NCBI GenBank assembly: GCA_964016885.1
Contig: OZ024745.1
Location: 10,664,001 to 10,728,000 of the forward strand
DNA: 64,000 nt
Origin: Eledone cirrhosa
Taxonomy: Eukaryota
Direction: 5' to 3'
Positions 24,861 through 38,640 of the stretch are shown one piece after another (position 1 is the first letter of the stretch; each line of letters opens with the position of its first letter). A model generated the notes under the pieces. That model was not told where the DNA came from, made no database searches, and saw nothing but the letters and a program-made list of their open reading frames with translations. The translations under genes were made by a program, and so were the position numbers.

Positions 24861-27800
24861 GACTGACACAGTTTGAAAGGAGGATAATAGTTGAGTATCT
24901 ATTGTAGAGAGTGACAGAGTTTGAAAGGAGGATAATTGTTGAGTATCTATTGTAGAGAGTGACACAGATTGAAAGGAAGTTAATAGTTGAGTATCTGTTG
25001 TAGAGAGTGATACAGTTTGAAAGGAGGATAATAGTTGAGTATCTAGTGTAGAGAGTGATACAATTTGAAAGGAAGTTAATAGTTGAGTATCTGTTGTAGA
25101 GACTGACACAGTTTGAAAGGAAGTTAATAGTTGAGTATCTATCGTAGAGAGTGATACAGTTTGAAAGGAAGTTAATAGTTCAGTATCTATTGTAGAGAGT
25201 GATACAGTTTGAAAGGAGGATAATAGTTGAGTATCTGTTGTAGAGACTGACACAGTTTGAAAGGAGGATAATAGTTGAGTATCTACAGTAGAGAGTGACA
25301 CAGTTTGAAAGGAGGATAATAGTTGAGTATCTATTGTAGAGAGTGATACAATTTGAAAGGAAGTTAATAGTTGAGTATCTGTTGTAGAGAGTGACACAGT
25401 TTTAAAGGAAGTTAATAGTTGAGTATCTGTTGTAGAGAGTGACACAGTTTGAAAGGAAGTTAATAGTTGAGTATCTGTTGTAGAGACTGACACAGTTTGA
25501 AAGGAAGTTAATAGTTGAGTATCTGTTGTAGAGACTGACACAGTTTGAAAGGAGGATAATAGTTGAGTATCTATTGTAGAGAGTGACAGAGTTTGAAAGG
25601 AGGATAATAGTTGAGTATCTATTGTAGAGAGTGACACAGATTGAAAGGAAGTTAAGAGTTGAGTATCTGTTGTAGAGAGTGACACAATTTGAAATGAAGT
25701 TAATAGTTGAGTATCTGCTGTAGAGAGTGACACAGTTTGAAAGGAAGTTAATAGTTGAGTATCTATCGTAGAGAGTGATACAGTTTGAAAGGAAGTTAAT
25801 AGTTGAGTATCTATTGTAGAGAGTGATACATTTTGAAAGTAGGATAATAGTTGAGTATCTATTGTAGAGAGTGACACAGTTTGAAAGGAAGTTAATAGTT
25901 GAGTATCTGTTGTAGAGAGTGACACAGTTTTAAAGGAAGTTAATAGTTGAGTATCTGTTGTAGAGAGTGATACAGTTTGAAAGGAAGGTAATAGTTGAGT
26001 ATATGTTGTAGAGAGTGATACAGTTTGAAAGGAAGGTAATAGTTGAGTATCTGTTGTAGAGAGTGACACAGTTTGAAAGGAAGGTAATAGTTGAGTATCT
26101 ATTGTAGAGAGTGACACAGTTTGAAAGGAAGTTAATAGTTGAGTATCTGTTGTAGAGAGTGACACAGTTTGAAAGGAAGGTAATAGTTGAGTATCTATTG
26201 TAGAGAGTGACACAGTTTGAAAGGGAGGTAATAGTTGAGTATCTGTTGTAGAGAGTGATACAGTTTGAAAGGAAGGTAATAGTTGAGTATTTGTTGTAGA
26301 GAGTGACACAGTTTGAAAGGAAGTTAATTGTTGAGTATCTATTGTAGAGAGTGACACAGTTTGAAAGAAGGGTAATAGTTGAGTATCTGTTGTAGAGAGT
26401 GACACAGTTTGAAAGGAAGGTAATAGTTGAGTATCTATTGTAGAGAGTGACACAGATTGAAAGGAAGTTAATAGTTGAGTATCTGTTGTAGAGAGTGACA
26501 CAGTTGGAAAGGAAGGTAATAGTTGAGTATCTATTGTAGAGAGTGACACAGTTTGAAAGGGAGGTAATAGTTGAGTATCTGTTGTAGAGAGTGATACAGT
26601 TTGAAACGAAGGTAATAGTTGAGTATTTGTTGTAGAGAGTGATACAGTTTGAAAGGAAGTTAATTGTTGAGTATCTATTGTAGAGAGTGACACAGTTTGA
26701 AAGAAGGGTAATAGTTGAGTATCTGTTGTAGAGAGTGACACAGTTTGAAAGGAAGGTAATAGTTGAGTATCTATTGTAGAGAGTGACACAGATTGAAAGG
26801 AAGTTAATAGTTGAGTATCTGTTGTAGAGAGTGACACAATTTGCAAGGAAGTTAATAGTTGAGTATCTGTTGTAGAGAGTGACACAGTTTGAAAGGAAGT
26901 TAATAGTTGAGTATCTATTGTAGAGAGTGATACAGTTTGAAAGGAGGATAATAGTTGAGTATCTATAGTAGAGAGTGACAGAGTTTGAAAGGAGGATAAT
27001 AGTTGAGTATCTATTGTAGAGAGTGATACAATTTGAAAGGAGGATAATAGTTGAGTATCTGTTGTAGAGACTGACACAGTTTGAAAGGAGGATAATAGTT
27101 GAGTATCTATAGTAGAGAGTGACAGAGTTTGAAAGGAGGATAATAGTTGAGTATCTATTGTAGAGAGTGATACAATTTGAAAGGAAGTTAATAGTTGAGT
27201 ATCTGTTGTAGAGAGTGACACAGTTTTAAAGGAAGTTAATAGTTGAGTATCTGTTGTAGAGAGTGACACAGTTTGAAAGGAAGTTAATAGTTGAGTATCT
27301 GTTGTAGAGACTGACACAGTTTGAAAGGAAGTTAATAGTTGAGTATCTGTTGTAGAGACTGACACAGTTTGAAAGGAGGATAATAGTTGAGTATCTATTG
27401 TAGAGAGTGACACAGATTGAAAGGAATTTAATAGTTGAGTATCTGTTGTAGAGAGTGACACAATTTGAAAGGAAGTTAATAGTTGAGTATCTGTTGTAGA
27501 GAGTGACACAGTTTGAAAGGAAGTTAATAGTTGATTATCTATCGTAGAGAGTGATACAGTTTGAAAGGAAGTTAATAGTTGAGTATCTATTGTAGAGAGT
27601 GATACATTTTGAAAGTAGGATAAAAGGTTGAGTATCTATTGTAGAGAGTGACACAGTTTGAAAGGAAGTTAATAGTTGAGTATCTGTTGTAGAGAGTGAC
27701 ACAGTTTTAAAGGAAGTTAATAGTTGAGTATCTGTTGTAGAGAGTGATACAGTTTGAAAGGAAGGTAATAGTTGAGTATCTGTTGTAGAGAGTGATACAG

Positions 27801-30800
27801 TTTGAAACGAAGGTAATAGTTGAGTATCTGTTGTAGAGAGTGACACAGTTTGAAAGGAAGGTAATAGTTGAGTATCTATTGTAGAGAGTGACACAGTTTG
27901 AAAGGAAGGTATTAGTTGAGTATCTATTGTAGAGAGTGACACAGTTTGAAAGGAAGTTAATAGTTGAGTATCTGTTGTAGAGAGTGACACAGTTTGAAAG
28001 GAAGGTAATAGTTGAGTATCTATTGTAGAGAGTGACACAGTTTGAAAGGGAGGTAATAGTTGAGTATCTGTTGTAGAGAGTGATACAGTTTGAAAGGAAG
28101 GTAATAGTTGAGTATTTGTTGTAGAGATTGATACAGTTTGAAAGGAAGTTAATTGTTGAGTATCTATTGTAGAGAGTGACACAGTTTGAAAGAAGGGTAA
28201 TAGTTGAGTATCTGTTGTAGAGAGTGACACAGTTTGAAAGGAGGGTAATTGTTGAGTAGTTATTGTAGAGAGTGACACAGTTTGAAAGAAAGGTAATATT
28301 TGAGTATCTATTGTAGAGAGTGACACAGTTGTAAAGGAAGGTAATAGTTGAGTATCTATTGTAGAGAGTGATACAGTTTGAAAGGATGTTAATAGTTTAG
28401 TATCTGTTGTAGAGAGTGACACAGTCTGAAAGGAAGTTAATAGTTGAGTATCTGTTGTAGAGAGTGACACAGTTTGAAAGGAAGTTAATAGTTGAGTATC
28501 TATTGTAGAGAGTGACACAGTTTGAAAGAAAGGTAATATTTGAGTATCTATTGTAGAGAGTGATACTGATTGAAAGGTGGTTAATAGTTGAGTATCTGTT
28601 GTAGAGAGTGACACAGTTTGAAAGGAAGGTATTAGTTGAGTATCTGTTGTAGAGAGTGATACAGTTTGAAAGAAAGGTAATATTTGAGTATCTATTGTAC
28701 AGAGTGATACAGTTTGAAAGGAGTTTAATAGTTGAGTATCTGTTGTAGAGAGTGACACAGTTTGAAAGGAAGTTAATTGTTGAGTATCTATTGTAGAGAG
28801 TGACACAGTTTGAAAGAAGGGTAATATTTGAGTATCTGTTGTAGAGAGTGACACAGTTTGAAAGGAGGGTAATTGTTGAGTAGCTATTGTAGAGAGTGAC
28901 ACAGTTTGAAAGGAAGTTAGTAGTTGAGTATCTGTTGTAGAGAGTGATACAGTTTGAAAGGAAGGTAATAGTTGAGTATCTATTGTAGAGAGTTACACAG
29001 TTTGAAAGGAGGTTAATAGTTGAGTATCTGTTGTAGAGAGTGATACAGTTTGAAAGGAATGTAATAGTTGAGTATCTGTTGTAAAGAGTGATACAGTTTG
29101 AAAGGAAGGTAATAGTTGAGTATCTGTTGTAGAGAGTGACACAGTTTGAAAGGAAGGTAATAGTTGAGTATCTATTGTAGAGAGTGACACAGTTTGAAAG
29201 GAAGGTATTAGTTGAGTATCTATTGTAGAGAGTGACACAGTTTGAAAGGAAGTTAATAGTTGAGTATCTGTTGTAGAGAGTGACACTGTTTGAAAGGAAG
29301 GTAATAGTTGAGTATCTATTGTAGAGAGTGACACAGTTTGAAAGGAAGTTAATAGTTGAGTATCTGTTGTAGAGACTGACACAGTTTGAAAGGAAGTTAA
29401 TAGTTGAGTATCTGTTGTAGAGACTGACACAGTTTGAAAGGAGGATAATAGTTGAGTATCTATTGTAGAGAGTGACAGAGTTTGAAAGGAGGATAATAGT
29501 TGAGTATCTGTTGTAGAGAGTGACACAGATTGAAAGGAAGTTAATAGTTGAGTATCTGTTGTAGAGAGTGACACAATTTGAAAGGAAGTTAATAGTTGAG
29601 TATCTGTTGTAGAGAGTGACACAGTTTGAAAGGAAGTTAATAGTTGAGTATCTATCGTAGAGAGTGATACAGTTTGAAAGGAAGTTAATAGTTGAGTATC
29701 TATTGTAGAGAGTGATACATTTTGAAAGTAGGATAATAGTTGAGTATCTATTGTAGAGAGTGACACAGTTTGAAAGGAAGGTATTAGTTGAGTATCTATT
29801 GTAGAGAGTGACACAGTTTTAAAGGAAGTTAATAGTTGAGTATCTGTTGTAGAGAGTGATACAGTTTGAAAGGAAGGTAATAGTTGAGTATCTGTTGTAG
29901 AGAGTGATACAGTTTGAAAGGAAGGTAATAGTTGAGTATCTGTTGTAGAGAGTGACACAGTTTGAAAGGAAGGTAATAATTGAGTATCTATTGTAGAGAG
30001 TGACACAGTTTGAAAGGAAGGTATTAGTTGAGTATCTATTGTAGAGAGTGACACAGTTTGAAAGGAATTTAATAGTTGAGTATCTGTTGTAGAGACTGAC
30101 ACAGTTTGAAAGGAGGATAATAGTTGAGTATCTATTGTAGAGAGTGACAGAGTTTGAAAGGAGGATAATTGTTGAGTATCTATTGTAGAGAGTGACACAG
30201 ATTGAAAGGAAGTTAATAGTTGAGTATCTGTTGTAGAGAGTGATACAGTTTGAAAGGAGGATAGTAGTTGAGTATCTAGTGTAGAGAGTGATACAATTTG
30301 AAAGGAAGTTAATAGTTGAGTATCTGTTGTAGAGACTGACACAGTTTGAAAGGAAGTTAATAGTTGAGTATCTATCGTAGAGAGTGATACAGTTTGAAAG
30401 GAAGTTAATAGTTCAGTATCTATTGTAGAGAGTGATACAGTTTGAAAGGAGGATAATAGTTGAGTATCTGTTGTAGAGACTGACACAGTTTGAAAGGAGG
30501 ATAATAGTTGAGTATCTACAGTAGAGAGTGACACAGTTTGAAAGGAGGATAATAGTTGAGTATCTATTGTAGAGAGTGATACAATTTGAAAGGAAGTTAA
30601 TAGTTGAGTATCTGTTGTAGAGAGTGACACAGTTTTAAAGGAAGTTAATAGTTGAGTATCTGTTGTAGAGAGTGACACAGTTTGAAAGGAAGTTAATAGT
30701 TGAGTATCTGTTGTAGAGACTGACACAGTTTGAAAGGAAGTTAATAGTTGAGTATCTGTTGTAGAGACTGACACAGTTTGAAAGGAGGATAATAGTTGAG

Positions 30801-33800
30801 TATCTATTGTAGAGAGTGACAGAGTTTGAAAGGAGGATAATAGTTGAGTATCTATTGTAGAGAGTGACACAGATTGAAAGGAAGTTAAGAGTTGAGTATC
30901 TGTTGTAGAGAGTGACACAATTTGAAATGAAGTTAATAGTTGAGTATCTGCTGTAGAGAGTGACACAGTTTGAAAGGAAGTTAATAGTTGAGTATCTATC
31001 GTAGAGAGTGATACAGTTTGAAAGGAAGTTAATAGTTGAGTATCTATTGTAGAGAGTGATACATTTTGAAAGTAGGATAATAGTTGAGTATCTATTGTAG
31101 AGAGTGACACAGTTTGAAAGGAAGTTAATAGTTGAGTATCTGTTGTAGAGAGTGACACAGTTTTAAAGGAAGTTAATAGTTGAGTATCTGTTGTAGAGAG
31201 TGATACAGTTTGAAAGGAAGGTAATAGTTGAGTATATGTTGTAGAGAGTGATACAGTTTGAAAGGAAGGTAATAGTTGAGTATCTGTTGTAGAGAGTGAC
31301 ACAGTTTGAAAGGAAGGTAATAGTTGAGTATCTATTGTAGAGAGTGACACAGTTTGAAAGGAAGTTAATAGTTGAGTATCTGTTGTAGAGAGTGACACAG
31401 TTTGAAAGGAAGGTAATAGTTGAGTATCTATTGTAGAGAGTGACACAGTTTGAAAGGGAGGTAATAGTTGAGTATCTGTTGTAGAGAGTGATACAGTTTG
31501 AAAGGAAGGTAATAGTTGAGTATTTGTTGTAGAGAGTGACACAGTTTGAAAGGAAGTTAATTGTTGAGTATCTATTGTAGAGAGTGACACAGTTTGAAAG
31601 AAGGGTAATAGTTGAGTATCTGTTGTAGAGAGTGACACAGTTTGAAAGGAAGGTAATAGTTGAGTATCTATTGTAGAGAGTGACACAGATTGAAAGGAAG
31701 TTAATAGTTGAGTATCTGTTGTAGAGAGTGACACAGTTGGAAAGGAAGGTAATAGTTGAGTATCTATTGTAGAGAGTGACACAGTTTGAAAGGGAGGTAA
31801 TAGTTGAGTATCTGTTGTAGAGAGTGATACAGTTTGAAACGAAGGTAATAGTTGAGTATTTGTTGTAGAGAGTGATACAGTTTGAAAGGAAGTTAATTGT
31901 TGAGTATCTATTGTAGAGAGTGACACAGTTTGAAAGAAGGGTAATAGTTGAGTATCTGTTGTAGAGAGTGACACAGTTTGAAAGGAAGGTAATAGTTGAG
32001 TATCTATTGTAGAGAGTGACACAGATTGAAAGGAAGTTAATAGTTGAGTATCTGTTGTAGAGAGTGACACAATTTGCAAGGAAGTTAATAGTTGAGTATC
32101 TGTTGTAGAGAGTGACACAGTTTGAAAGGAAGTTAATAGTTGAGTATCTATTGTAGAGAGTGATACAGTTTGAAAGGAGGATAATAGTTGAGTATCTATA
32201 GTAGAGAGTGACAGAGTTTGAAAGGAGGATAATAGTTGAGTATCTATTGTAGAGAGTGATACAATTTGAAAGGAGGATAATAGTTGAGTATCTGTTGTAG
32301 AGACTGACACAGTTTGAAAGGAGGATAATAGTTGAGTATCTATAGTAGAGAGTGACAGAGTTTGAAAGGAGGATAATAGTTGAGTATCTATTGTAGAGAC
32401 TGATACAATTTGAAAGGAAGTTAATAGTTGAGTATCTGTTGTAGAGAGTGACACAGTTTTAAAGGAAGTTAATAGTTGAGTATCTGTTGTAGAGAGTGAC
32501 ACAGTTTGAAAGGAAGTTAATAGTTGAGTATCTGTTGTAGAGACTGACACAGTTTGAAAGGAAGTTAATAGTTGAGTATCTGTTGTAGAGACTGACACAG
32601 TTTGAAAGGAGGATAATAGTTGAGTATCTATTGTAGAGAGTGACACAGATTGAAAGGAATTTAATAGTTGAGTATCTGTTGTAGAGAGTGACACAATTTG
32701 AAAGGAAGTTAATAGTTGAGTATCTGTTGTAGAGAGTGACACAGTTTGAAAGGAAGTTAATAGTTGATTATCTATCGTAGAGAGTGATACAGTTTGAAAG
32801 GAAGTTAATAGTTGAGTATCTATTGTAGAGAGTGATACATTTTGAAAGTAGGATAAAAGGTTGAGTATCTATTGTAGAGAGTGACACAGTTTGAAAGGAA
32901 GTTAATAGTTGAGTATCTGTTGTAGAGAGTGACACAGTTTTAAAGGAAGTTAATAGTTGAGTATCTGTTGTAGAGAGTGATACAGTTTGAAAGGAAGGTA
33001 ATAGTTGAGTATCTGTTGTAGAGAGTGATACAGTTTGAAACGAAGGTAATAGTTGAGTATCTGTTGTAGAGAGTGACACAGTTTGAAAGGAAGGTAATAG
33101 TTGAGTATCTATTGTAGAGAGTGACACAGTTTGAAAGGAAGGTATTAGTTGAGTATCTATTGTAGAGAGTGACACAGTTTGAAAGGAAGTTAATAGTTGA
33201 GTATCTGTTGTAGAGAGTGACACAGTTTGAAAGGAAGGTAATAGTTGAGTATCTATTGTAGAGAGTGACACAGTTTGAAAGGGAGGTAATAGTTGAGTAT
33301 CTGTTGTAGAGAGTGATACAGTTTGAAAGGAAGGTAATAGTTGAGTATTTGTTGTAGAGATTGATACAGTTTGAAAGGAAGTTAATTGTAGAGTATCTAT
33401 TGTAGAGAGTGACACAGTTTGAAATAAGGGTAATAGTTGAGTATCTGTTGTAGAGAGTGACACAGTTTGAAAGGAGGGTAATTGTTGAGTAGTTATTGTA
33501 GAGAGTGACACAGTTTGAAAGAAAGGTAATATTTGAGTATCTATTGTAGAGAGTGACACAGTTGTAAAGGAAGGTAATAGTTGAGTATCTATTGTAGAGA
33601 GTGATACAGTTTGAAAGGATGTTAATAGTTTAGTATCTGTTGTAGAGAGTGACACAGTCTGAAAGGAAGTTAATAGTTGAGTATCTGTTGTAGAGAGTGA
33701 CACAGTTTGAAAGGAAGTTAATAGTTGAGTATCTATTGTAGAGAGTGACACAGTTTGAAAGAAAGGTAATATTTGAGTATCTATTGTAGAGAGTGATACT

Positions 33801-35326
33801 GATTGAAAGGTGGTTAATAGTTGAGTATCTGTTGTAGAGAGTGACACAGTTTGAAAGGAAGGTATTAGTTGAGTATCTGTTGTAGAGAGTGATACAGTTT
33901 GAAAGAAAGGTAATATTTGAGTATCTATTGTACAGAGTGATACAGTTTGAAAGGAGTTTAATAGTTGAGTATCTGTTGTAGAGAGTGACACAGTTTGAAA
34001 GGAAGTTAATTGTTGAGTATCTATTGTAGAGAGTGACACAGTTTGAAAGAAGGGTAATATTTGAGTATCTGTTGTAGAGAGTGACACAGTTTGAAAGGAG
34101 GGTAATTGTTGAGTAGCTATTGTAGAGAGTGACACAGTTTGAAAGGAAGTTAGTAGTTGAGTATCTGTTGTAGAGAGTGATACAGTTTGAAAGGAAGGTA
34201 ATAGTTGAGTATCTATTGTAGAGAGTTACACAGTTTGAAAGGAGGTTAATAGTTGAGTATCTGTTGTAGAGAGTGATACAGTTTGAAAGGAATGTAATAG
34301 TTGAGTATCTGTTGTAAAGAGTGATACAGTTTGAAAGGAAGGTAATAGTTGAGTATCTGTTGTAGAGAGTGACACAGTTTGAAAGGAAGGTAATAGTTGA
34401 GTATCTATTGTAGAGAGTGACACAGTTTGAAAGGAAGGTATTAGTTGAGTATCTATTGTAGAGAGTGACACAGTTTGAAAGGAAGTTAATAGTTGAGTAT
34501 CTGTTGTAGAGAGTGACACTGTTTGAAAGGAAGGTAATAGTTGAGTATCTATTGTAGAGAGTGACACAGTTTGAAAGGAAGTTAATAGTTGAGTATCTGT
34601 TGTAGAGACTGACACAGTTTGAAAGGAAGTTAATAGTTGAGTATCTGTTGTAGAGACTGACACAGTTTGAAAGGAGGATAATAGTTGAGTATCTATTGTA
34701 GAGAGTGACAGAGTTTGAAAGGAGGATAATAGTTGAGTATCTGTTGTAGAGAGTGACACAGATTGAAAGGAAGTTAATAGTTGAGTATCTGTTGTAGAGA
34801 GTGACACAATTTGAAAGGAAGTTAATAGTTGAGTATCTGTTGTAGAGAGTGACACAGTTTGAAAGGAAGTTAATAGTTGAGTATCTATCGTAGAGAGTGA
34901 TACAGTTTGAAAGGAAGTTAATAGTTGAGTATCTATTGTAGAGAGTGATACATTTTGAAAGTAGGATAATAGTTGAGTATCTATTGTAGAGAGTGACACA
35001 GTTTGAAAGGAAGGTATTAGTTGAGTATCTATTGTAGAGAGTGACACAGTTTTAAAGGAAGTTAATAGTTGAGTATCTGTTGTAGAGAGTGATACAGTTT
35101 GAAAGGAAGGTAATAGTTGAGTATCTGTTGTAGAGAGTGATACAGTTTGAAAGGAAGGTAATAGTTGAGTATCTGTTGTAGAGAGTGACACAGTTTGAAA
35201 GGAAGGTAATAATTGAGTATCTATTGTAGAGAGTGACACAGTTTGAAAGGAAGGTATTAGTTGAGTATCTATTGTAGAGAGTGACACAGTTTGAAAGGAA
35301 TTTAATAGTTGAGTATCTGTTGTAGA
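24861..35326 (+). repeat. 5233-bp HOR, two complete tandem copies (about 24861-30093 and 30094-35326)
   Basis: GACTGACAC-start monomers at 24861/30094; ORF anchors 27535/32768 (offset 5233). Confidence 0.9.
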
Positions 35327-38300
35327 GAGTGACACAGTTTGAAAGGAAGGTAATAGTTGAGTATCTATTGTAGAGAGTGACACAGTTTGAAAGGGAGGTA
35401 ATAGTTGAGTATCTGTTGTAGAGAGTGATACAGTTTGAAAGGAAGGTAATAGTTGAGTATTTGTTGTAGAGATTGATACAGTTTGAAAGGAAGTTAATTG
35501 TTGAGTATCTATTGTAGAGAGTGACACAGTTTGAAAGAAGGGTAATAGTTGAGTATCTGTTGTAGAGAGTGACACAGTTTGAAAGGAGGGTAATTGTTGA
35601 GTAGTTATTGTAGAGAATGACACAGTTTGAAAGAAAGGTAATATTTGAGTATCTATTGTAGAGAGTGACACAGTTGTAAAGGAAGGTAATAGTTGAGTAT
35701 CTATTGTAGAGAGTGATACAGTTTGAAAGGATGTTAATAGTTTAGTATCTGTTGTAGAGAGTGACACAGTCTGAAAGGAAGTTAATAGTTGAGTATCTGT
35801 TGTAGAGAGTGACACAGTTTGAAAGGAAGTTAATAGTTGAGTATCTATTGTAGAGAGTGACACAGTTTGAAAGAAAGGTAATATTTGAGTATCTATTGTA
35901 GAGAGTGATACTGATTGAAAGGTGGTTAATAGTTGAGTATCTGTTGTAGAGAGTGACACAGTTTGAAAGGAAGGTATTAGTTGAGTATCTGTTGTAGAGA
36001 GTGATACAGTTTGAAAGAAAGGTAATATTTGAGTATCTATTGTACAGAGTGATACAGTTTGAAAGGAGTTTAATAGTTGAGTATCTGTTGTAGAAAGTGA
36101 CACAGTTTGAAAGGAAGTTAATTGTTGAGTATCTATTGTAGAGAGTGACACAGTTTGAAAGAAGGGTAATATTTGAGTATCTGTTGTAGAGAGTGACACA
36201 GTTTGAAAGGAGGGTAATTGTTGAGTAGCTATTGTAGAGAGTGACACAGTTTGAAAGGAAGTTAGTAGTTGAGTATCTGTTGTAGAGAGTGATACAGTTT
36301 GAAAGGAAGGTAATAGTTGAGTATCTATTGTAGAGAGTTACACAGTTTGAAAGGAGGTTAATAGTTGAGTATCTGTTGTAGAGAGTGATACAGTTTGAAA
36401 GGAATGTAATAGTTGAGTATCTGTTGTAAAGAGTGATACAGTTTGAAAGGAAGGTAATAGTTGAGTATCTGTTGTAGAGAGTGACACAGTTTGAAAGGAA
36501 GGTAATAGTTGAGTATCTATTGTAGAGAGTGACACAGTTTGAAAGGAAGGTATTAGTTGAGTATCTATTGTAGAGAGTGACACAGTTTGAAAGGAAGTTA
36601 ATAGTTGAGTATCTGTTGTAGAGAGTGACACTGTTTGAAAGGAAGGTAATAGTTGAGTATCTATTGTAGAGAGTGACACAGTTTGAAAGGAAGTTAATAG
36701 TTGAGTATCTGTTGTAGAGACTGACACAGTTTGAAAGGAAGTTAATAGTTGAGTATCTGTTGTAGAGACTGACACAGTTTGAAAGGAGGATAATAGTTGA
36801 GTATCTATTGTAGAGAGTGACAGAGTTTGAAAGGAGGATAATAGTTGAGTATCTGTTGTAGAGAGTGACACAGATTGAAAGGAAGTTAATAGTTGAGTAT
36901 CTGTTGTAGAGAGTGACACAATTTGAAAGGAAGTTAATAGTTGAGTATCTGTTGTAGAGAGTGACACAGTTTGAAAGGAAGTTAATAGTTGAGTATCTAT
37001 CGTAGAGAGTGATACAGTTTGAAAGGAAGTTAATAGTTGAGTATCTATTGTAGAGAGTGATACATTTTGAAAGTAGGATAATAGTTGAGTATCTATTGTA
37101 GAGAGTGACACAGTTTGAAAGGAAGGTATTAGTTGAGTATCTATTGTAGAGAGTGACACAGTTTTAAAGGAAGTTAATAGTTGAGTATCTGTTGTAGAGA
37201 GTGATACAGTTTGAAAGGAAGGTAATAGTTGAGTATCTGTTGTAGAGAGTGATACAGTTTGAAAGGAAGGTAATAGTTGAGTATCTGTTGTAGAGAGTGA
37301 CACAGTTTGAAAGGAAGGTAATAATTGAGTATCTATTGTAGAGAGTGACACAGTTTGAAAGGAAGGTATTAGTTGAGTATCTATTGTAGAGAGTGACACA
37401 GTTTGAAAGGAATTTAATAGTTGAGTATCTGTTGTAGAGAGTGACACAGTTTGAAAGGAAGGTAATAGTTGAGTATCTATTGTAGAGAGTGACACAGTTT
37501 GAAAGGGAGGTAATAGTTGAGTATCTGTTGTAGAGAGTGATACAGTTTGAAAGGAAGGTAATAGTTGAGTATTTGTTGTAGAGATTGATACAGTTTGAAA
37601 GGAAGTTAATTGTTGAGTATCTATTGTAGAGAGTGACACAGTTTGAAAGAAGGGTAATAGTTGAGTATCTGTTGTAGAGAGTGACACAGTTTGAAAGGAG
37701 GGTAATTGTTGAGTAGTTATTGTAGAGAATGACACAGTTTGAAAGAAAGGTAATATTTGAGTATCTATTGTAGAGAGTGACACAGTTGTAAAGGAAGGTA
37801 ATAGTTGAGTATCTATTGTAGAGAGTGATACAGTTTGAAAGGATGTTAATAGTTTAGTATCTGTTGTAGAGAGTGACACAGTCTGAAAGGAAGTTAATAG
37901 TTGAGTATCTGTTGTAGAGAGTGACACAGTTTGAAAGGAAGTTAATAGTTGAGTATCTATTGTAGAGAGTGACACAGTTTGAAAGAAAGGTAATATTTGA
38001 GTATCTATTGTAGAGAGTGATACTGATTGAAAGGTGGTTAATAGTTGAGTATCTGTTGTAGAGAGTGACACAGTTTGAAAGGAAGGTATTAGTTGAGTAT
38101 CTGTTGTAGAGAGTGATACAGTTTGAAAGAAAGGTAATATTTGAGTATCTATTGTACAGAGTGATACAGTTTGAAAGGAGTTTAATAGTTGAGTATCTGT
38201 TGTAGAGAGTGACACAGTTTGAAAGGAAGTTAATTGTTGAGTATCTATTGTAGAGAGTGACACAGTTTGAAAGAAGGGTAATATTTGAGTATCTGTTGTA

Positions 38301-38640
38301 GAGAGTGACACAGTTTGAAAGGAGGGTAATTGTTGAGTAGCTATTGTAGAGAGTGACACAGTTTGAAAGGAAGTTAGTAGTTGAGTATCTGTTGTAGAGA
38401 GTGATACAGTTTGAAAGGAAGGTAATAGTTGAGTATCTATTGTAGAGAGTTACACAGTTTGAAAGGAGGTTAATAGTTGAGTATCTGTTGTAGAGAGTGA
38501 TACAGTTTGAAAGGAATGTAATAGTTGAGTATCTGTTGTAAAGAGTGATACAGTTTGAAAGGAAGGTAATAGTTGTGTATCTGTTGTAGAGAGTGACACA
38601 GTTTGAAAGGAAGGTAATAGTTGAGTATCTGTTGTAGAGA
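33215..38640 (+). repeat. 2112-bp HOR, two full and one partial copy
   Basis: Identical 673-aa translations at 34226 and 36338; anchors 34135/36247/38359 are each 2112 apart. Confidence 0.9.
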
